Below the pieces are notes generated by a model. That model worked only from the letters and a program-made list of their open reading frames with translations. It was not told the DNA's origin and searched no databases. Below are positions 32,308-42,989 of a stretch of DNA of 64,000 nucleotides, one piece after another. The stretch's first letter is position 1. Each line of letters begins with the position of its first letter. This DNA comes from an uncultured Verrucomicrobiae bacterium (GTDB lineage: Bacteria > Verrucomicrobiota > Verrucomicrobiia > Limisphaerales > Palsa-1400): NCBI GenBank assembly GCA_963825315.1, contig CAWGST010000003.1:7743-71742 (forward strand), written 5' to 3'. Both the position numbers and the translations under genes were made by a program.

Positions 32308-32610
32308 ATGAGCGCAAGAAAAATGGATTCCGAATCGCTCGGCATGACGCCAGCGCCTACTCAATGCCTGACTCTCCCTACTGCCGCAGTTCATGTCCGG
32401 AAAAATGGAATCGAATTTCGCAATAACCATTCCATCCCGGCTTGGACGGAAATGACCGTCACCTTGCAGGGACCCAATCCGGCCAGGAAGGTCAATTTCA
32501 CGGGGGTGGTCGTGGCCTGTTCGGGCGATCGCCGCGAGGGCTATTTGATCTCGATGCTGTTTACCCATGTTTCCCGGCTGTCGCAGGCCCGCTTGCTCGG
32601 TTATTCCTGA
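32308..32610 (+). CDS. Small PilZ-like beta-barrel protein (canonical RxxxR motif not seen)
   Basis: 100-aa ORF directly upstream of pilT. The pattern ...VHVRKNGIEFRN...VTLQGP...FTGVVVACSG..EGYLISMLF resembles a PilZ domain. This is a weak call. Confidence 0.4.
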   Translation: MSARKMDSESLGMTPAPTQCLTLPTAAVHVRKNGIEFRNNHSIPAWTEMTVTLQGPNPARKVNFTGVVVACSGDRREGYLISMLFTHVSRLSQARLLGYS

Positions 32611-32647
32611 CTGGATTATTGCCGCGGTTGCCTTGTAAATTGGGGGC

Positions 32648-33736
32648 ATGGAAACTTTTCGCCGCATTTTGGCTGCCGCCGTCGAAGGCGGGGCATCGGA
32701 TGTTCATCTGAAGGTGGGCGCCCAGGTTGTTTTCCGCATTAATCGAAAGCTGGTGATGGTCGAAGCGCCTTTGCCCACCGCGGAATGGATGGAGACGGTG
32801 GTGGAGAACGTTGTGCCGAAGCACTCCAAGGAACAGCTCAAGCAGGACCACGAATGCGACTTTTCTTATTACCTGCCCAACACCGGACGTTTTCGCACCA
32901 ATTGCTTTTATCAACGCGGCCAGCCTTGTTTGTCCATGCGTTTCGTCAAAACGCAGGTGCCGAGCTTCGAGGAGTTGGGACTCATTCCCGTTCTCAAGCA
33001 ACTTGCCGAGTCGCCCCGCGGCATTGTTCTGCTGGCCGGCTCCACCGGTTGCGGCAAATCCACCACCCTGGCCGCGATGGTCGAGCATATCAATGCCAAC
33101 AGCCGCAAACACATCATCACCCTGGAAGACCCCATCGAGTACGTTTTTGAAGACAATCAATCGGTCATCGAGCAACGCGAAATCGGCCTGGACACCACCT
33201 CGTTCGGGCACGGGCTGAAATACGTTCTGCGCCAGGACCCGGACGTGATCATGATCGGCGAAATGCGTGACGACACCAGTTTTTCCGCCGCCATGAGCGC
33301 GGCCGACACCGGCCACCTGGTCCTGTCCACCCTGCACACCACCAACGCCGCCCAATCCATCGGGCGCATTCTTGATTTCTTCAAACCCGACGAACGCGAC
33401 CAAATCCGCCGCCAGATTGCGGGCACTCTGCAAGCGGTGGTCTGCCAGCGCATGGTGCCCACCATCGCCGGCGGCATGACGCCCGCGCAGGAGATCATGA
33501 TCAACACCGGGACAGTCCGCAAATTGATCGAGGAAAACCGCCTCGAAAAGCTGGGCGCCGCCATTGAAACAGGCGGGGAGGAAGGCATGCTCAACTTCAA
33601 CCAGCATTTATTCCAACTGGTCCGGGACGGCAAAGTTTCGCAACAAGACGCCCTGGCCAAAGCCACCAATGCGCAGGCCCTGGAAATGAATTTCCAAGGC
33701 ATCTTCCTCACCGAAGGCAAACGAATCCTCGGCTGA
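32648..33736 (+). CDS. pilT: Type IV pilus retraction ATPase PilT family
   Basis: GASDVHLKVG...LLAGSTGCGKSTTLAAM (Walker A)...ITLEDPIEY...RQDPDVIMIGEMRD (Walker B/Asp box)...GHLVLSTLHT (His box). Confidence 0.88.
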   Translation: METFRRILAAAVEGGASDVHLKVGAQVVFRINRKLVMVEAPLPTAEWMETVVENVVPKHSKEQLKQDHECDFSYYLPNTGRFRTNCFYQRGQPCLSMRFVKTQVPSFEELGLIPVLKQLAESPRGIVLLAGSTGCGKSTTLAAMVEHINANSRKHIITLEDPIEYVFEDNQSVIEQREIGLDTTSFGHGLKYVLRQDPDVIMIGEMRDDTSFSAAMSAADTGHLVLSTLHTTNAAQSIGRILDFFKPDERDQIRRQIAGTLQAVVCQRMVPTIAGGMTPAQEIMINTGTVRKLIEENRLEKLGAAIETGGEEGMLNFNQHLFQLVRDGKVSQQDALAKATNAQALEMNFQGIFLTEGKRILG

Positions 33737-34017
33737 TGTTTTTGCCATCAACAGATTCAACAGGCCCGTCCAACGGCCCATCGCCCGCCGCCCCAATCCA
33801 CATTATTTGTCTTAAAGGCCCACGGCAAATGCACCGATAAGAACGTTGACGTGAAAATTTTGAGCCGTCATCACCTGAGCCACCGGGCAAACTTCAGCGC
33901 AGCAGGATTTGGCGGCGGGCTTCCGCAAATCGCCGCCCGCAAAGATTTGCCTTGTCGGATTGCCGTTTCTTTGCCACAAGTCTCGTCATAACAAATGTTT
34001 GCCGAACAATACCAAAA

Positions 34018-35214
34018 ATGAAAACAAATCATGAATCCCGAATCGCAGGGTTTATTGCCCTGGTGTCGTTTATTGGCGTTCTGGCCTGCCCCAGCTCAGT
34101 TTTTGCGCTGGGCTTTGCGATGCCGGATCAGGATGCATTTGCCACGGCGCGCGCCAATGCCTTTGTCGCCACCGCCGATGATCCCGCCGCGGTGTATTAC
34201 AACCCGGCCGGCATCTCGCAACTGGATGGAGCGCACATTTCCCTGGGCGCCTATGGCGTTGTCTATGGCTCCAGTTACAACGGCGCCGCCGGTTCCATCG
34301 ACAGCAAGACTCAATTGGAGGTCCTGCCCCAGGTCTTCTCGACCTGGAGCCTGCCCAAATATAATCTGACGTTTGGCTTGGGCGCGTATTCCCCCTACGG
34401 CCTCAGGGTGGAATGGCCGGACAACTCGTTATTGGCTGCCGCCGGCCAAACGGGCGAAATTGACTACTACACCCTCAACCCCGTCGTCGCTTACCAGATC
34501 ATTCCCTCTCTCTCCATCGCCGCCGGACCCACGCTGAATTACTCCGAGGCGGATTTGAAAGAAAATCCGGGCTTTATCAATCACTTCCGCGGCCGGGACA
34601 CGGATGCCGGATTCAATGCTGGCGTCCTATGGCATCCCTGGGAACAACACTCCTTTGGCGTCACCTACCGCAGCGCCACGGATATGAATTATAACGGGCA
34701 CGCCACCTACCTCGCGATGCCGTCTGCCAATATTCCCAACACGGCCAATATTCATTTCCCGCAGACAGTGGCGTTTGGCTACTCCTTCCGGCCCACCACC
34801 AATTGGAACTTTGAGGCCGATGCGAATTGGACGGATTGGACCGAGCTGAAGACGGTGAATGTCAGTCCGCAGCCCGTGCCCGAGCAACTGGCCTTCGACT
34901 GGCATCCGAGCTGGATGTTTGACTTTGGGGCAACCCGCTATTTGGGCGGCGGCTGGCGGCTCAGCGGCGGTTACATGTACAGCATGAACACGGTGCCCGA
35001 CAACACGTTTAATCCGCTGGTGCCTGATTCAGACCGGCATATCTTCAGCCTTGGCGTGGGGAAGAATTACGATCATTTTAGCTGGGATGTGGCTTATCAG
35101 TTGGGCTGGAGCCCGACACGCACTGTGAGCAGCGACAATACTTTCCCGGTAGCCAATGGCAGTTATGAGTTTTTGAGCCATGCCATCACCATCAACTTTG
35201 GCTACCACTTCTGA
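34018..35214 (+). CDS. Outer-membrane transport protein, FadL/TodX (OMPP1) family
   Basis: Signal peptide. N-terminal FAMPDQDAFATARANAFVATADDPAAVYYNPAG hatch motif. Alternating beta-strand pattern ending ...ITINFGYHF. Confidence 0.8.
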   Translation: MKTNHESRIAGFIALVSFIGVLACPSSVFALGFAMPDQDAFATARANAFVATADDPAAVYYNPAGISQLDGAHISLGAYGVVYGSSYNGAAGSIDSKTQLEVLPQVFSTWSLPKYNLTFGLGAYSPYGLRVEWPDNSLLAAAGQTGEIDYYTLNPVVAYQIIPSLSIAAGPTLNYSEADLKENPGFINHFRGRDTDAGFNAGVLWHPWEQHSFGVTYRSATDMNYNGHATYLAMPSANIPNTANIHFPQTVAFGYSFRPTTNWNFEADANWTDWTELKTVNVSPQPVPEQLAFDWHPSWMFDFGATRYLGGGWRLSGGYMYSMNTVPDNTFNPLVPDSDRHIFSLGVGKNYDHFSWDVAYQLGWSPTRTVSSDNTFPVANGSYEFLSHAITINFGYHF

Positions 35215-36457
35215 CCGAGCCAGCGCCCCGGCTGAAAAACCGCGCCGGACTCTCCTCATCGTCGATGACGAGGAGGGGCCGCGGCAGTCCTTGCGCGTCG
35301 TTTTTAAGGACGATTACAATCTGCTGATCGCCTCCGAAGGCCAGCGCGCCGTCGAACTGGCCCAGGAGCATAAGATCAACGTCGCCATCCTGGATATTCG
35401 CATGACGGGCATGAGCGGGACGGAGGTCTTGGAACGGCTCAAAGCCATTCAGCCTTCCATCGAAGTCATCATGCTCACCGCCTACGAGACGGTCGAGACG
35501 ATCCGCCAGGCCCTGCGCCTCGGCGCCTGCGATTATCTCAACAAACCTTTCGATGTCGCCACGGTGCGCAAGGCCGTCGCCACCGCCATGGAACGGCATT
35601 CCTTCGCCGACGAGATCCGTTCCAACAACGAAAAACTGGCCGCTCTCCAGGTTGAGTTGCACGATCAAAAACTGCAGGAGGAAATCACCCGCACGCGCGG
35701 CGAGATTTACGCCAGCATTATTCATGACATCAACGGCCCGCTGACCATCATTTCCGGCTTCATTCAAATCATCAATCAGCGCATGGGCGATTCCAAACGC
35801 CTGGAGGGCGACGACTTGGAAATGGTCAAAGACCGGCTGCGCCGCATCACGCGCCAGGTCAGCAATTGCATCGAGATTTCCCATCGTTATCTCAGTTTCA
35901 TGCGCCAGCAGCCCACCGCTCCGGCGCGCATCCACGTCAATCAAATTTTGGAGGACTTGCGCGAACTGTTGCAGGTCCACCCCAGCAAGGCCAGCAACAC
36001 CCTCAAAGTTCAAGCCCTGTCCAAAGACGTTGAACTGCAAATCAACGGCACCGATCTGATCCAAATCCTCCTCAACCTCGCCATCAACGCCCTGCAATGC
36101 TCGGCCGACCCGCACCTGGTTGATATTTCCGGCCAAATCCTCGAGACCGGCGTGGACTTCTCCAATCTGCACGATGGCCCGACCGACCGCATCCTTTACG
36201 GGCAAGGCTTCGCCAACACTCCGCCGCTTTTGCTTCTGGCCGTGCGCGACGATGGTTCCGGCATTCCGCCCGATGTTCTGCCCAAGATTTTTCAGCCTTA
36301 TTTCACCACCAAACCTCCCGGCAAGGGCACGGGCTTGGGTCTGGCCATTGTTCATCGCCTGCTCAAGGAAGCCCGCGGCTGCATGCACGTCCATTCCGAA
36401 CCCGGCAAAGGCACCTCCTTCGACATTTACCTCCCCACGACCATCCGCCGCGGCTGA
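35180..36457 (+). CDS. Hybrid signalling protein: N-terminal receiver (REC) domain fused to HisKA + HATPase_c
   Basis: LLIVDDEEGPRQSL...AILDIRMTGMSG...LNKPFD (REC). SIIHDINGPLTIISGF (H-box). RDDGSGIP...GKGTGLGLAIV...GKGTSFDIYLP (N/G boxes). The ATG overlaps the upstream gene by 35 nt, so the start is uncertain. Confidence 0.85.
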   Translation: MPSPSTLATTSDRASAPAEKPRRTLLIVDDEEGPRQSLRVVFKDDYNLLIASEGQRAVELAQEHKINVAILDIRMTGMSGTEVLERLKAIQPSIEVIMLTAYETVETIRQALRLGACDYLNKPFDVATVRKAVATAMERHSFADEIRSNNEKLAALQVELHDQKLQEEITRTRGEIYASIIHDINGPLTIISGFIQIINQRMGDSKRLEGDDLEMVKDRLRRITRQVSNCIEISHRYLSFMRQQPTAPARIHVNQILEDLRELLQVHPSKASNTLKVQALSKDVELQINGTDLIQILLNLAINALQCSADPHLVDISGQILETGVDFSNLHDGPTDRILYGQGFANTPPLLLLAVRDDGSGIPPDVLPKIFQPYFTTKPPGKGTGLGLAIVHRLLKEARGCMHVHSEPGKGTSFDIYLPTTIRRG

Positions 36458-36517
36458 TTTATCGCGGAAGTAGTTCATTGCTGTTTTCGCGGGAATTGAG
36501 ACAATGGGCGTGAAACT

Positions 36518-36566
36518 AATGACGAATGTCGAAGCACCAATGACGAAAAAATGTCCAAATGACGAA
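36518..36566. promoter_or_regulatory. Three spaced AATGACGAA boxes upstream of yicC-gmk (possible operator or dispersed repeat)
   Basis: AATGACGAA at 36518-36526, 36539-36547 and 36558-36566, with 21- and 19-nt spacing, ending 21 nt before the yicC ATG. Confidence 0.3.
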
Positions 36567-36586
36567 TGGCGAAAGGGACATCGCCC

Positions 36587-37465
36587 ATGAAATCCATGAC
36601 CGGCTACGGCCGCGGCGAGTCCGCCCAACATGGCTTCAAAATCACGGTCGAAGTCAGTTCGGTCAATCGCAAGCAAACCGAAATCGCCGTCAATTTGCCG
36701 CGCGACCTCGAGGTCTTGGAAGCCCAGATTCGCGATGAAATCAACCGCCGCGTCGCGCGCGGACGTCTCACCGTCCGCCTGTCCGTCCATGCCGCCGAAG
36801 GCGCCGCCGGCAGGATGCGCCTCAACCCCGCTCTGGCCAGGGCCTACGCCAGGGAACTCCGGGGCCTGGCCAAGTCCCTCCGCCTGCCCGACGATGTGAC
36901 GCTCGACATGCTGGCCCGCGCGCCCGGCGTCCTGCAACCGGACGAAGAAATCCGGGAAGCCGAAGCGCTTTGGCCCGGGACGGCCAAGGCCCTCACCACA
37001 GCGCTGGACATGATGCTGAAGATGCGCGAACGCGAAGGCGCCTGGCTGGGCAAAGATTTGAAAACCCGCGTGGCCCGCATGAGGGCCGGCGTGGCCCGCG
37101 TCCAGCGCCGCGCCCCCCAAGTGGCCGAACGCTACCGCTCCCAATTGCTCACCCGCATCAAATCCGCCGGGTTGGAGTCGCCCGCCCTTGAGGACGACCG
37201 TCTGCTCAAGGAAGTCTTTTATTTTGCCGACCACGCCGACATCTCCGAGGAACTGACCCGCCTCCAGAGCCACTTTCAGCAATTCGACGACTGCGTCAAA
37301 TCCCGGGAACCGATTGGGCGCACCCTCGATTTTTTGGCGCAGGAAATCAATCGCGAAATCAACACCCTCGGCGCCAAGGCCAACGACAGTCTGATTTCCC
37401 GTGAAGTCGTTGTCCTGAAAGCGGAGCTGGAAAAATTTCGCGAACAAGTCCAGAATGTCGAATGA
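36587..37465 (+). CDS. yicC: YicC-family stress-induced protein
   Basis: MKSMTGYGRGE...VSSVNRKQTEI...ADISEELTRLQSHFQQF...GRTLDFLAQEINREINTLGAKA. Confidence 0.88.
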   Translation: MKSMTGYGRGESAQHGFKITVEVSSVNRKQTEIAVNLPRDLEVLEAQIRDEINRRVARGRLTVRLSVHAAEGAAGRMRLNPALARAYARELRGLAKSLRLPDDVTLDMLARAPGVLQPDEEIREAEALWPGTAKALTTALDMMLKMREREGAWLGKDLKTRVARMRAGVARVQRRAPQVAERYRSQLLTRIKSAGLESPALEDDRLLKEVFYFADHADISEELTRLQSHFQQFDDCVKSREPIGRTLDFLAQEINREINTLGAKANDSLISREVVVLKAELEKFREQVQNVE

Positions 37466-38109
37466 AGAATCCGGGGCCAGATGGGGAGGTTCGCCTTTCC
37501 TCGCCGTTATTGGTTGTTATTTCCGCGCCTTCCGGCGGCGGCAAGACGACCTTGTGCCAGCACATCCTGGCCCGCCATCCGGGCATGGTTCGCGCCATCA
37601 CCTGCACCACGCGCCCGCCCCGGCCCGGCGAACTCGATGGCCGCGACTATTACTTTCTCGATTCCGCCGCCTTTTCCCAACGCCTGGCTTCCGGCGGCTT
37701 TCTCGAACACGCCACCGTCTATAACCATTGTTACGGCATTCCCAGGACCGAAGTCCTCGACAAGCTCCGGCAAGGCAGCGACGTCCTGCTCAACGTCGAT
37801 GTGCAGGGCGCGGCCACCGTTTGCGGCCGCGCCGCGCAAGACGCCGAACTGGCCCGCGCCCTCGTCACCGTCTTCCTGACTCCGGCCAGCCTGGCGGTAT
37901 TGGAAGCGCGCCTGCAACGGCGCGGCGCCGATTCCCCGGCCGAATTGGCCCGGCGTCTGAGTGTGGCCCGGCAGGAAATCGCGCAATGGCCCCATTTCCA
38001 ATACCTCATCATCAGCACCACCATTGCCGAGGACGTGCGCCGGATGGAAGCGATCATTGACGCCGAGCGCCTGCGCCAATCCCGGTCCACTTTTACGTTG
38101 GGTGGTTGA
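37462..38109 (+). CDS. gmk: Guanylate kinase
   Basis: ISAPSGGGKTTL (P-loop)...TTRPPRPGELDGRDYYF...FLEHATVYNHCYG. ATGA overlap with yicC. Confidence 0.9.
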   Translation: MKNPGPDGEVRLSSPLLVVISAPSGGGKTTLCQHILARHPGMVRAITCTTRPPRPGELDGRDYYFLDSAAFSQRLASGGFLEHATVYNHCYGIPRTEVLDKLRQGSDVLLNVDVQGAATVCGRAAQDAELARALVTVFLTPASLAVLEARLQRRGADSPAELARRLSVARQEIAQWPHFQYLIISTTIAEDVRRMEAIIDAERLRQSRSTFTLGG

Positions 38110-38157
38110 TCTTCATCCTGATTTTCAGTCTTTCGCAACCATCGAACCGCTGATTTC

Positions 38158-38300
38158 TGGTCAAAAATAGCCAGAAAGGTCATATTGATAGATAGAGGTC
38201 TGGAAAATCGGCAACACGGCAACAAGCCTTATTTTACAAGGGTTTCGTTGCCCTTTTCCGCCGGCAACACAGCGGCAACGGCTGGCAACATGTTGCCTCT
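38158..38300 (-). repeat. Remnant of a mobile-element terminus: 3' end of a DUF3631-type gene plus 93 bp downstream (inverted copy of 56680-56819)
   Basis: 38158-38250 matches the reverse complement of 56727-56819 at 90/93. 38251-38300 retains a degraded C-terminal coding sequence (PAVAAVLPAEKGNETLVK* versus QPVAGVLQAEKLNETLVK*). Confidence 0.85.
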
Positions 38301-38596
38301 TTTTTGGCAAAGGCGCGAAGGATTAAAGATTTCCTTTCCATTTATATTAAAACACTGGGGTTTCCGAGGTTGATGGGGGCGCTTCCAATTCGCCACACGT
38401 CGCGTGGCGCATCCAAGGCATCAGTCAAGGATTGGAAGCCGGTGCAACTCCACCCGAATCTTTCGTGGTCGCTTTTCCGCGAACTCCCGCGGCTACGCCA
38501 ACCGTTCCCGCTGACAGACATTCCACGCCACGTCTTCCCGGCCACGGTCCGGGTGAACGAAAACGAAACGATCCCTCGTCCCGCTGAATGGATTTG

Positions 38597-38720
38597 AATT
38601 GGCGGAGTCAGGCCCCAAAAGCAGCCGATGTGTCGTTGCAGAATTTGGAGGCCCATGAAAGGGTCCTCAAAAAGTGGCAAGCAAAATGAACGAATACCAA
38701 TTCCCGAAGACCCTTTCAGG
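38597..38720. repeat. Direct repeat R1 flanking phd-vapC (partner R2 at 39581-39718)
   Basis: ATTGGCGGAGTCAGGCCCCAAAAGCAGCCGATGTGTCGTT...GACCCTTTCAGG contains an internal 10-bp inverted repeat, TGAAAGGGTC / GACCCTTTCA. Confidence 0.85.
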
Positions 38721-38786
38721 CCATAATGAGAGCTTCAAATAAAAGTGGTGTCTTGCCGGGAGTAAAAAAACATGTATAGTTAAACC

Positions 38787-39041
38787 ATGATCGAATCAAC
38801 CGCCGCAAACATGGCCCGGAATTTCACTGAATTTCTGGCCAAAGTTGAGCGTGGCGAGACTATCCGCATCCGCGATCAGGGACGGATGGTCGCCCGCATG
38901 GTGCCGGACTGTGATTTTATGCCGGGACAGCAGGCGGCGGAATTGTTCAAGGGACATCGGGCAGACGTTGAAGCCGCCAACGCCATAACCGGCGAACTCA
39001 GAAAGCTCGATCTGGAATCCGAAAATGCCCTGGATCATTGA
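38787..39041 (+). CDS. Type II antitoxin, Phd/YefM-like
   Basis: 84-aa ORF (NMARNFTEFLAKVERGETIRIRDQGRMVARMVP...) overlapping the downstream PIN toxin gene by 17 nt. Confidence 0.7.
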   Translation: MIESTAANMARNFTEFLAKVERGETIRIRDQGRMVARMVPDCDFMPGQQAAELFKGHRADVEAANAITGELRKLDLESENALDH

Positions 39042-39438
39042 CACGGATATTTTCATCGAAGGCGAACGTGGCAACGCCGCCTTTATCGGTTGGCTTCAGA
39101 GCGCGGATGGAATTGCGACAGCCGACATCGTTCGCGGCGAATTCCTTGTCGGGGCTCATGCGGTGGCAGACGAAACCATTCGTCAAAGAGGCGTTCAGTT
39201 TTACTCAGAACGGATCGCTGGCTTGCCGTCTTTTTCTTCCGAACCGGCCGATTATGCCAAAGCTGCCGCGTTGGCTGGGGATGCGCGCCGCAGCGCCAAA
39301 GGCAAACCTGGACTGATTGACGGCTTGATCGCTGCCATTGCCATTCGGACCGGCGCGACTGTAGCCACGCAGAACACCAAAGACTTCAACGCAATGGGGT
39401 GTCCCTGCTCAAATCCGCTTTTGAAGAGTTTGGATTGA
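39025..39438 (+). CDS. vapC: Type II toxin VapC (PIN-domain ribonuclease)
   Basis: MPWIIDTDIFIEGERG (first acidic motif)...GLIDGLIAAIAIRTGATVATQNTKDF (C-terminal PIN motifs). Confidence 0.82.
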   Translation: MPWIIDTDIFIEGERGNAAFIGWLQSADGIATADIVRGEFLVGAHAVADETIRQRGVQFYSERIAGLPSFSSEPADYAKAAALAGDARRSAKGKPGLIDGLIAAIAIRTGATVATQNTKDFNAMGCPCSNPLLKSLD

Positions 39439-39580
39439 GGAAGATTGCTTGCCTGTGAGCTCTTTCCAAAAGGACTGACACTCTCAGGACGCGGGGGAAA
39501 AGCCTGTCTCAGACGATTCAAGACGGTGGAGCGGAATGGGCTTGTCTCGCCGAAATTGGATGAAGGCGGAAGCGGCTTGC

Positions 39581-39718
39581 ATTGGCGAAGTCAGGCCCCA
39601 AAAGCAGCCGATGTGTCGTTTGAGAATTTGGAGGCCCATGAAAGGGTGCTAGAAAATTAGCAAGCAAAATGAACGAATACCACGTTTCAATAAATCCTTG
39701 CTTCCGAGGACCCTTTCA
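39581..39718. repeat. Direct repeat R2 flanking phd-vapC
   Basis: Same unit as 38597-38720 with a few substitutions and a 19-nt insertion (CGTTTCAATAAATCCTTGC). Confidence 0.85.
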
Positions 39719-39775
39719 CTCATAGCGAAGTCGCAAGTCGTTTGAGCCGACTTTGCGGAAAGCTGACCACTTCCA

Positions 39776-42700
39776 TCATTGCATCACCGCCCTATAAAAC
39801 CGCTGGTTGAAATTCGTCGGTGCCGGATCAGTGATAAACGACGGCGAGTTCGTGCTGACAAAATTTGTAAGTGGGAGCCAATTGAAAAGGTCTATTGAGG
39901 CGTCAATCTCATAATTTGAACCGATAGGGCCTTGCAATGTCAGATCGAAATTGCCCGTATTCCAAAGAGGTGATCCGAAACCAATTACAGGGAAATTCGG
40001 AGCGAAATTCGCAATCAACAACTGGTTGCCTGTCGGCGTAAATGTATAACTCGACGAACTGCTGACAATCGTCCCGCCTTGAGTCCAGTTGAAGAATGTG
40101 TACCCACTGTTTGGGGTGGCAACCAGTGTCACACTTTCGCCACAACCTATGCTTTCATCGCCGCTAGTCGTTCCTTCGCCCGAAGGGAAAACTCCACTGG
40201 TGATGCTAAAGGCAACTGGCGCGAAATTTGCCACAAAATTATGATTTGTATCGATTGTAAAGCTGTAATTTGCTGCGCCGCTCACCGGAAGACCATTTTC
40301 TGTCCAACCGACAAAAGAATAGCATTCGGCCGGAGACGCCTGGATAATCGTTGGCGTTCCGCAGTTAAAAGCACCTCCATCGTTCACGGTGCCCCCTGCC
40401 GACGAATACACGGCGACGTTGTAGGAAATCGGCGCGAAGTTGGCCGTGAACACTTGATTGGTTGCCACCGTGAATGGATAATTCGTCGAGGTGCCAACCT
40501 GGGTCCCGTTCGTTGTCCAGTTGACGAACGCGTAACAAGAATCTGACACCGTCGCCGTGAGCGTTTCGCTCTGTCCATTCGTATAAAGACCATCCCCACT
40601 TGTTGAGCCGGCAAACGGTGGTGTCGCAACTGTCCTTATAATTGAACTACCTAGTGGAGCGAAGTTGGCCACTAAATTAGAATCCGAACCGGCTGTAAAA
40701 GTGTAGTTCGAAGACTGGCTTACAAAGCCTACAACCTCGTTTGTCCAGTCAGCAAAGGCGTATCCCAAGTTTGCATTTGCCGTGACCGTAACACTCGTTC
40801 CACAAGCAATAGTTCCACCACCTGTTGTTGTGCCGCCATCCGGGGGCGAGTTCGTCATTGTAATCGTGTAAAAGTTCGTCGTGAAATTCGCCACCAGCGT
40901 CTGATTGGTTGTCGCCGTGAATGAATAATTGGGCAATAAGCTGACCACAATCCCATTCCACGACCAGCATGAAAAGGTGCAGCATGAACTTGGCCTTGCG
41001 GTCACGGTTACAACGGAATTGCTATAAGCGCCGCCGCCGCCGCTGTTCGTGCCGCCATCTGGAGGCGAATTACTCGTGATGATTGTAAAATCGGCCGGGC
41101 CTGTAGGCACTGGAACAGTAGCAGAAACAGGATTTCCAAATCCATCGATCACATGGGCGCTAAAAGTCGGATTCCCATAAACGCTTTGATTGGCGAGCAT
41201 GTAGTTGAAAGAATATTCATTCACGCTCAGCCCACCTTTTTCTTGACCGCCGCAGTAAATTGTTCCCAAAGTTGTAATCTGACCGCACTCTACTTCAGGC
41301 ACACCCCACCCCCAATGTCCCAAAATCCACCGAAGATCTATCGGAGATTGAGGTTGAGGAAGGGCTGAAAGAGCGATGAGCACTTTCAAGTAGTTTCCGC
41401 TAGTCAAAAACCCCCCGTTGCACACAAAGAAATCGAGATTCCCTGTCAGATTCTGATTCGCTTGTCCCTTCATTGGAAACGAATAGCACAAGATGCCGGG
41501 TTGCTTAAAAAGGAATTCTTGAGCCATTTGTGAGTTATAGAGAACCTGAACAGCCACGTCGGACGCTATTTCAACGGGGCTTGAAGGCGCAGGCTGGAAA
41601 CCATTCAATTGGCTAGCGACGGTTTCCTCTGCAACCCACCAACCCATCTCGCCGACATCCGCCGCATCCAATAATGTTCCCCCCACGTCAAATGGAGCAG
41701 TGGCCAAAAAGTTAACAACCTCCAAATCATCGTTCTGGCCGTTCGGGAGAACCGCAGCGAAGAACGCACTAGGTTCAATTTGGACGAGATTGTGCTGTTG
41801 CAATTGTGTGACGATTGGATTGACTAGATTTGCGAATTCGGTATCAGAAATGACCAGCGGAAAACCTGTTGTCGGCGCTTGGATTTCCAACACCAAGTAG
41901 CCAGGCGGAAAGGTAACTGGCAAGGTCAGAACATATGGAGTTGACCATCCGCCTTGGGTTTGGGGGTTTTGCACCTGAAGCATCACTTGATCATCCGAAC
42001 TAAAATGGTCGCCAGTAAATGGACTAAACTTAAAGTTTGCGATGTCAATTTCATTGCCCGTCCAACTTGTGATGTTGATGGTATCCCAATCACCCGCTCC
42101 CCCGGCACTCCAATTCGTTGCGCCCGTAACAGGGTTGATGTCATAAACAATTAAGTTGGTGAGGGCATTAGGAATTCCGCTTGCGCTCCCAAACCCACTT
42201 CCCTGAATTGACATTGTGAGATTCCCGCCGCCAGCGGGACCGACATTTACGCTCGTAATTGTCGGTACGGTAGGGCTACCGGATTGGGAAAGTTCCTGAA
42301 TTTCTGCACTGCTAAGCGCACGGTTGTAAATACGCACGTCAGATAGACTCCCGATGAAGCGCGTGGAGACTCCGCCTCCTTCCCACCAATGAATGCCCAT
42401 GCCAGCATTCCCAGCGGAAGGAACCATTGTACCGCCTGCAGTACCCTAAGACTTGTCCGTCGAGGTAGGTTGTCATAAGACCATTTGCAAAAACTAACGA
42501 GAATCGATGCCATTGGTTCATATAGGAGGCGTACGGATCAATTCGTGCATCGCCCGCAATAAAAGTTAACTGCCCATCGTCTGGATAGTAAGCAATCGTC
42601 ACAACCTGCCCCATTCCGAAGTACTGGACACCAAGGGAAATCAAGCCTTCACCCGGATCGGCGTACCCGGTGATGCCTTGAATGTTCGCCCACAGCGAAA

Positions 42701-42989
42701 CCGTGAAACCCGAAAAAGGCGAGAGATCGATTGATGGAATCCCGACATACTGGCCAGATGTGCCAAACTCTCCCTGTCCAACGAGATAAATTGCTTGCGT
42801 GCCGGGACTCGGCCCGGCAACGAAGCTTGGTGAATTCCATAAAGTTCCATTCAGCCCATTCCCGCTCGCATCAATTGCGTTTCCATTAAAGGGATACCAA
42901 GCGATGAGCCCTTGGTTTAATTGGCATAGACCTGCAAATGGCGTGACCAGCATCGCCGCAACGGCAAATGTGAGCATTTCGAGTTTCAT
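39776..42989 (-). CDS. Giant secreted protein: N-terminal LamG/concanavalin-like domain, central region, six tandem InlB-B-repeat-like domains; one apparent +1 frameshift at 42441-42450
   Basis: Signal MKLEMLTFAVAAMLVTPFAGLC. LamG pattern WYPFNGNA.DASGNGLNGTL...FTVSLWAN, continued in the next frame as ...GIHWWEGGGVSTRFIGSLSDVRIYNRALS. Repeats of ...Y.F..WT.NG......NY.FT......ANFAP. 3,214 - 1 nt gives 1,071 codons. Confidence 0.75.

Noticed and set aside
38597-39718. Integron attC sites flanking the TA cassette
   Set aside because: The repeat boundaries carry no RYYYAAC/GTTRRRY core sites, and there is no intI or attI nearby.
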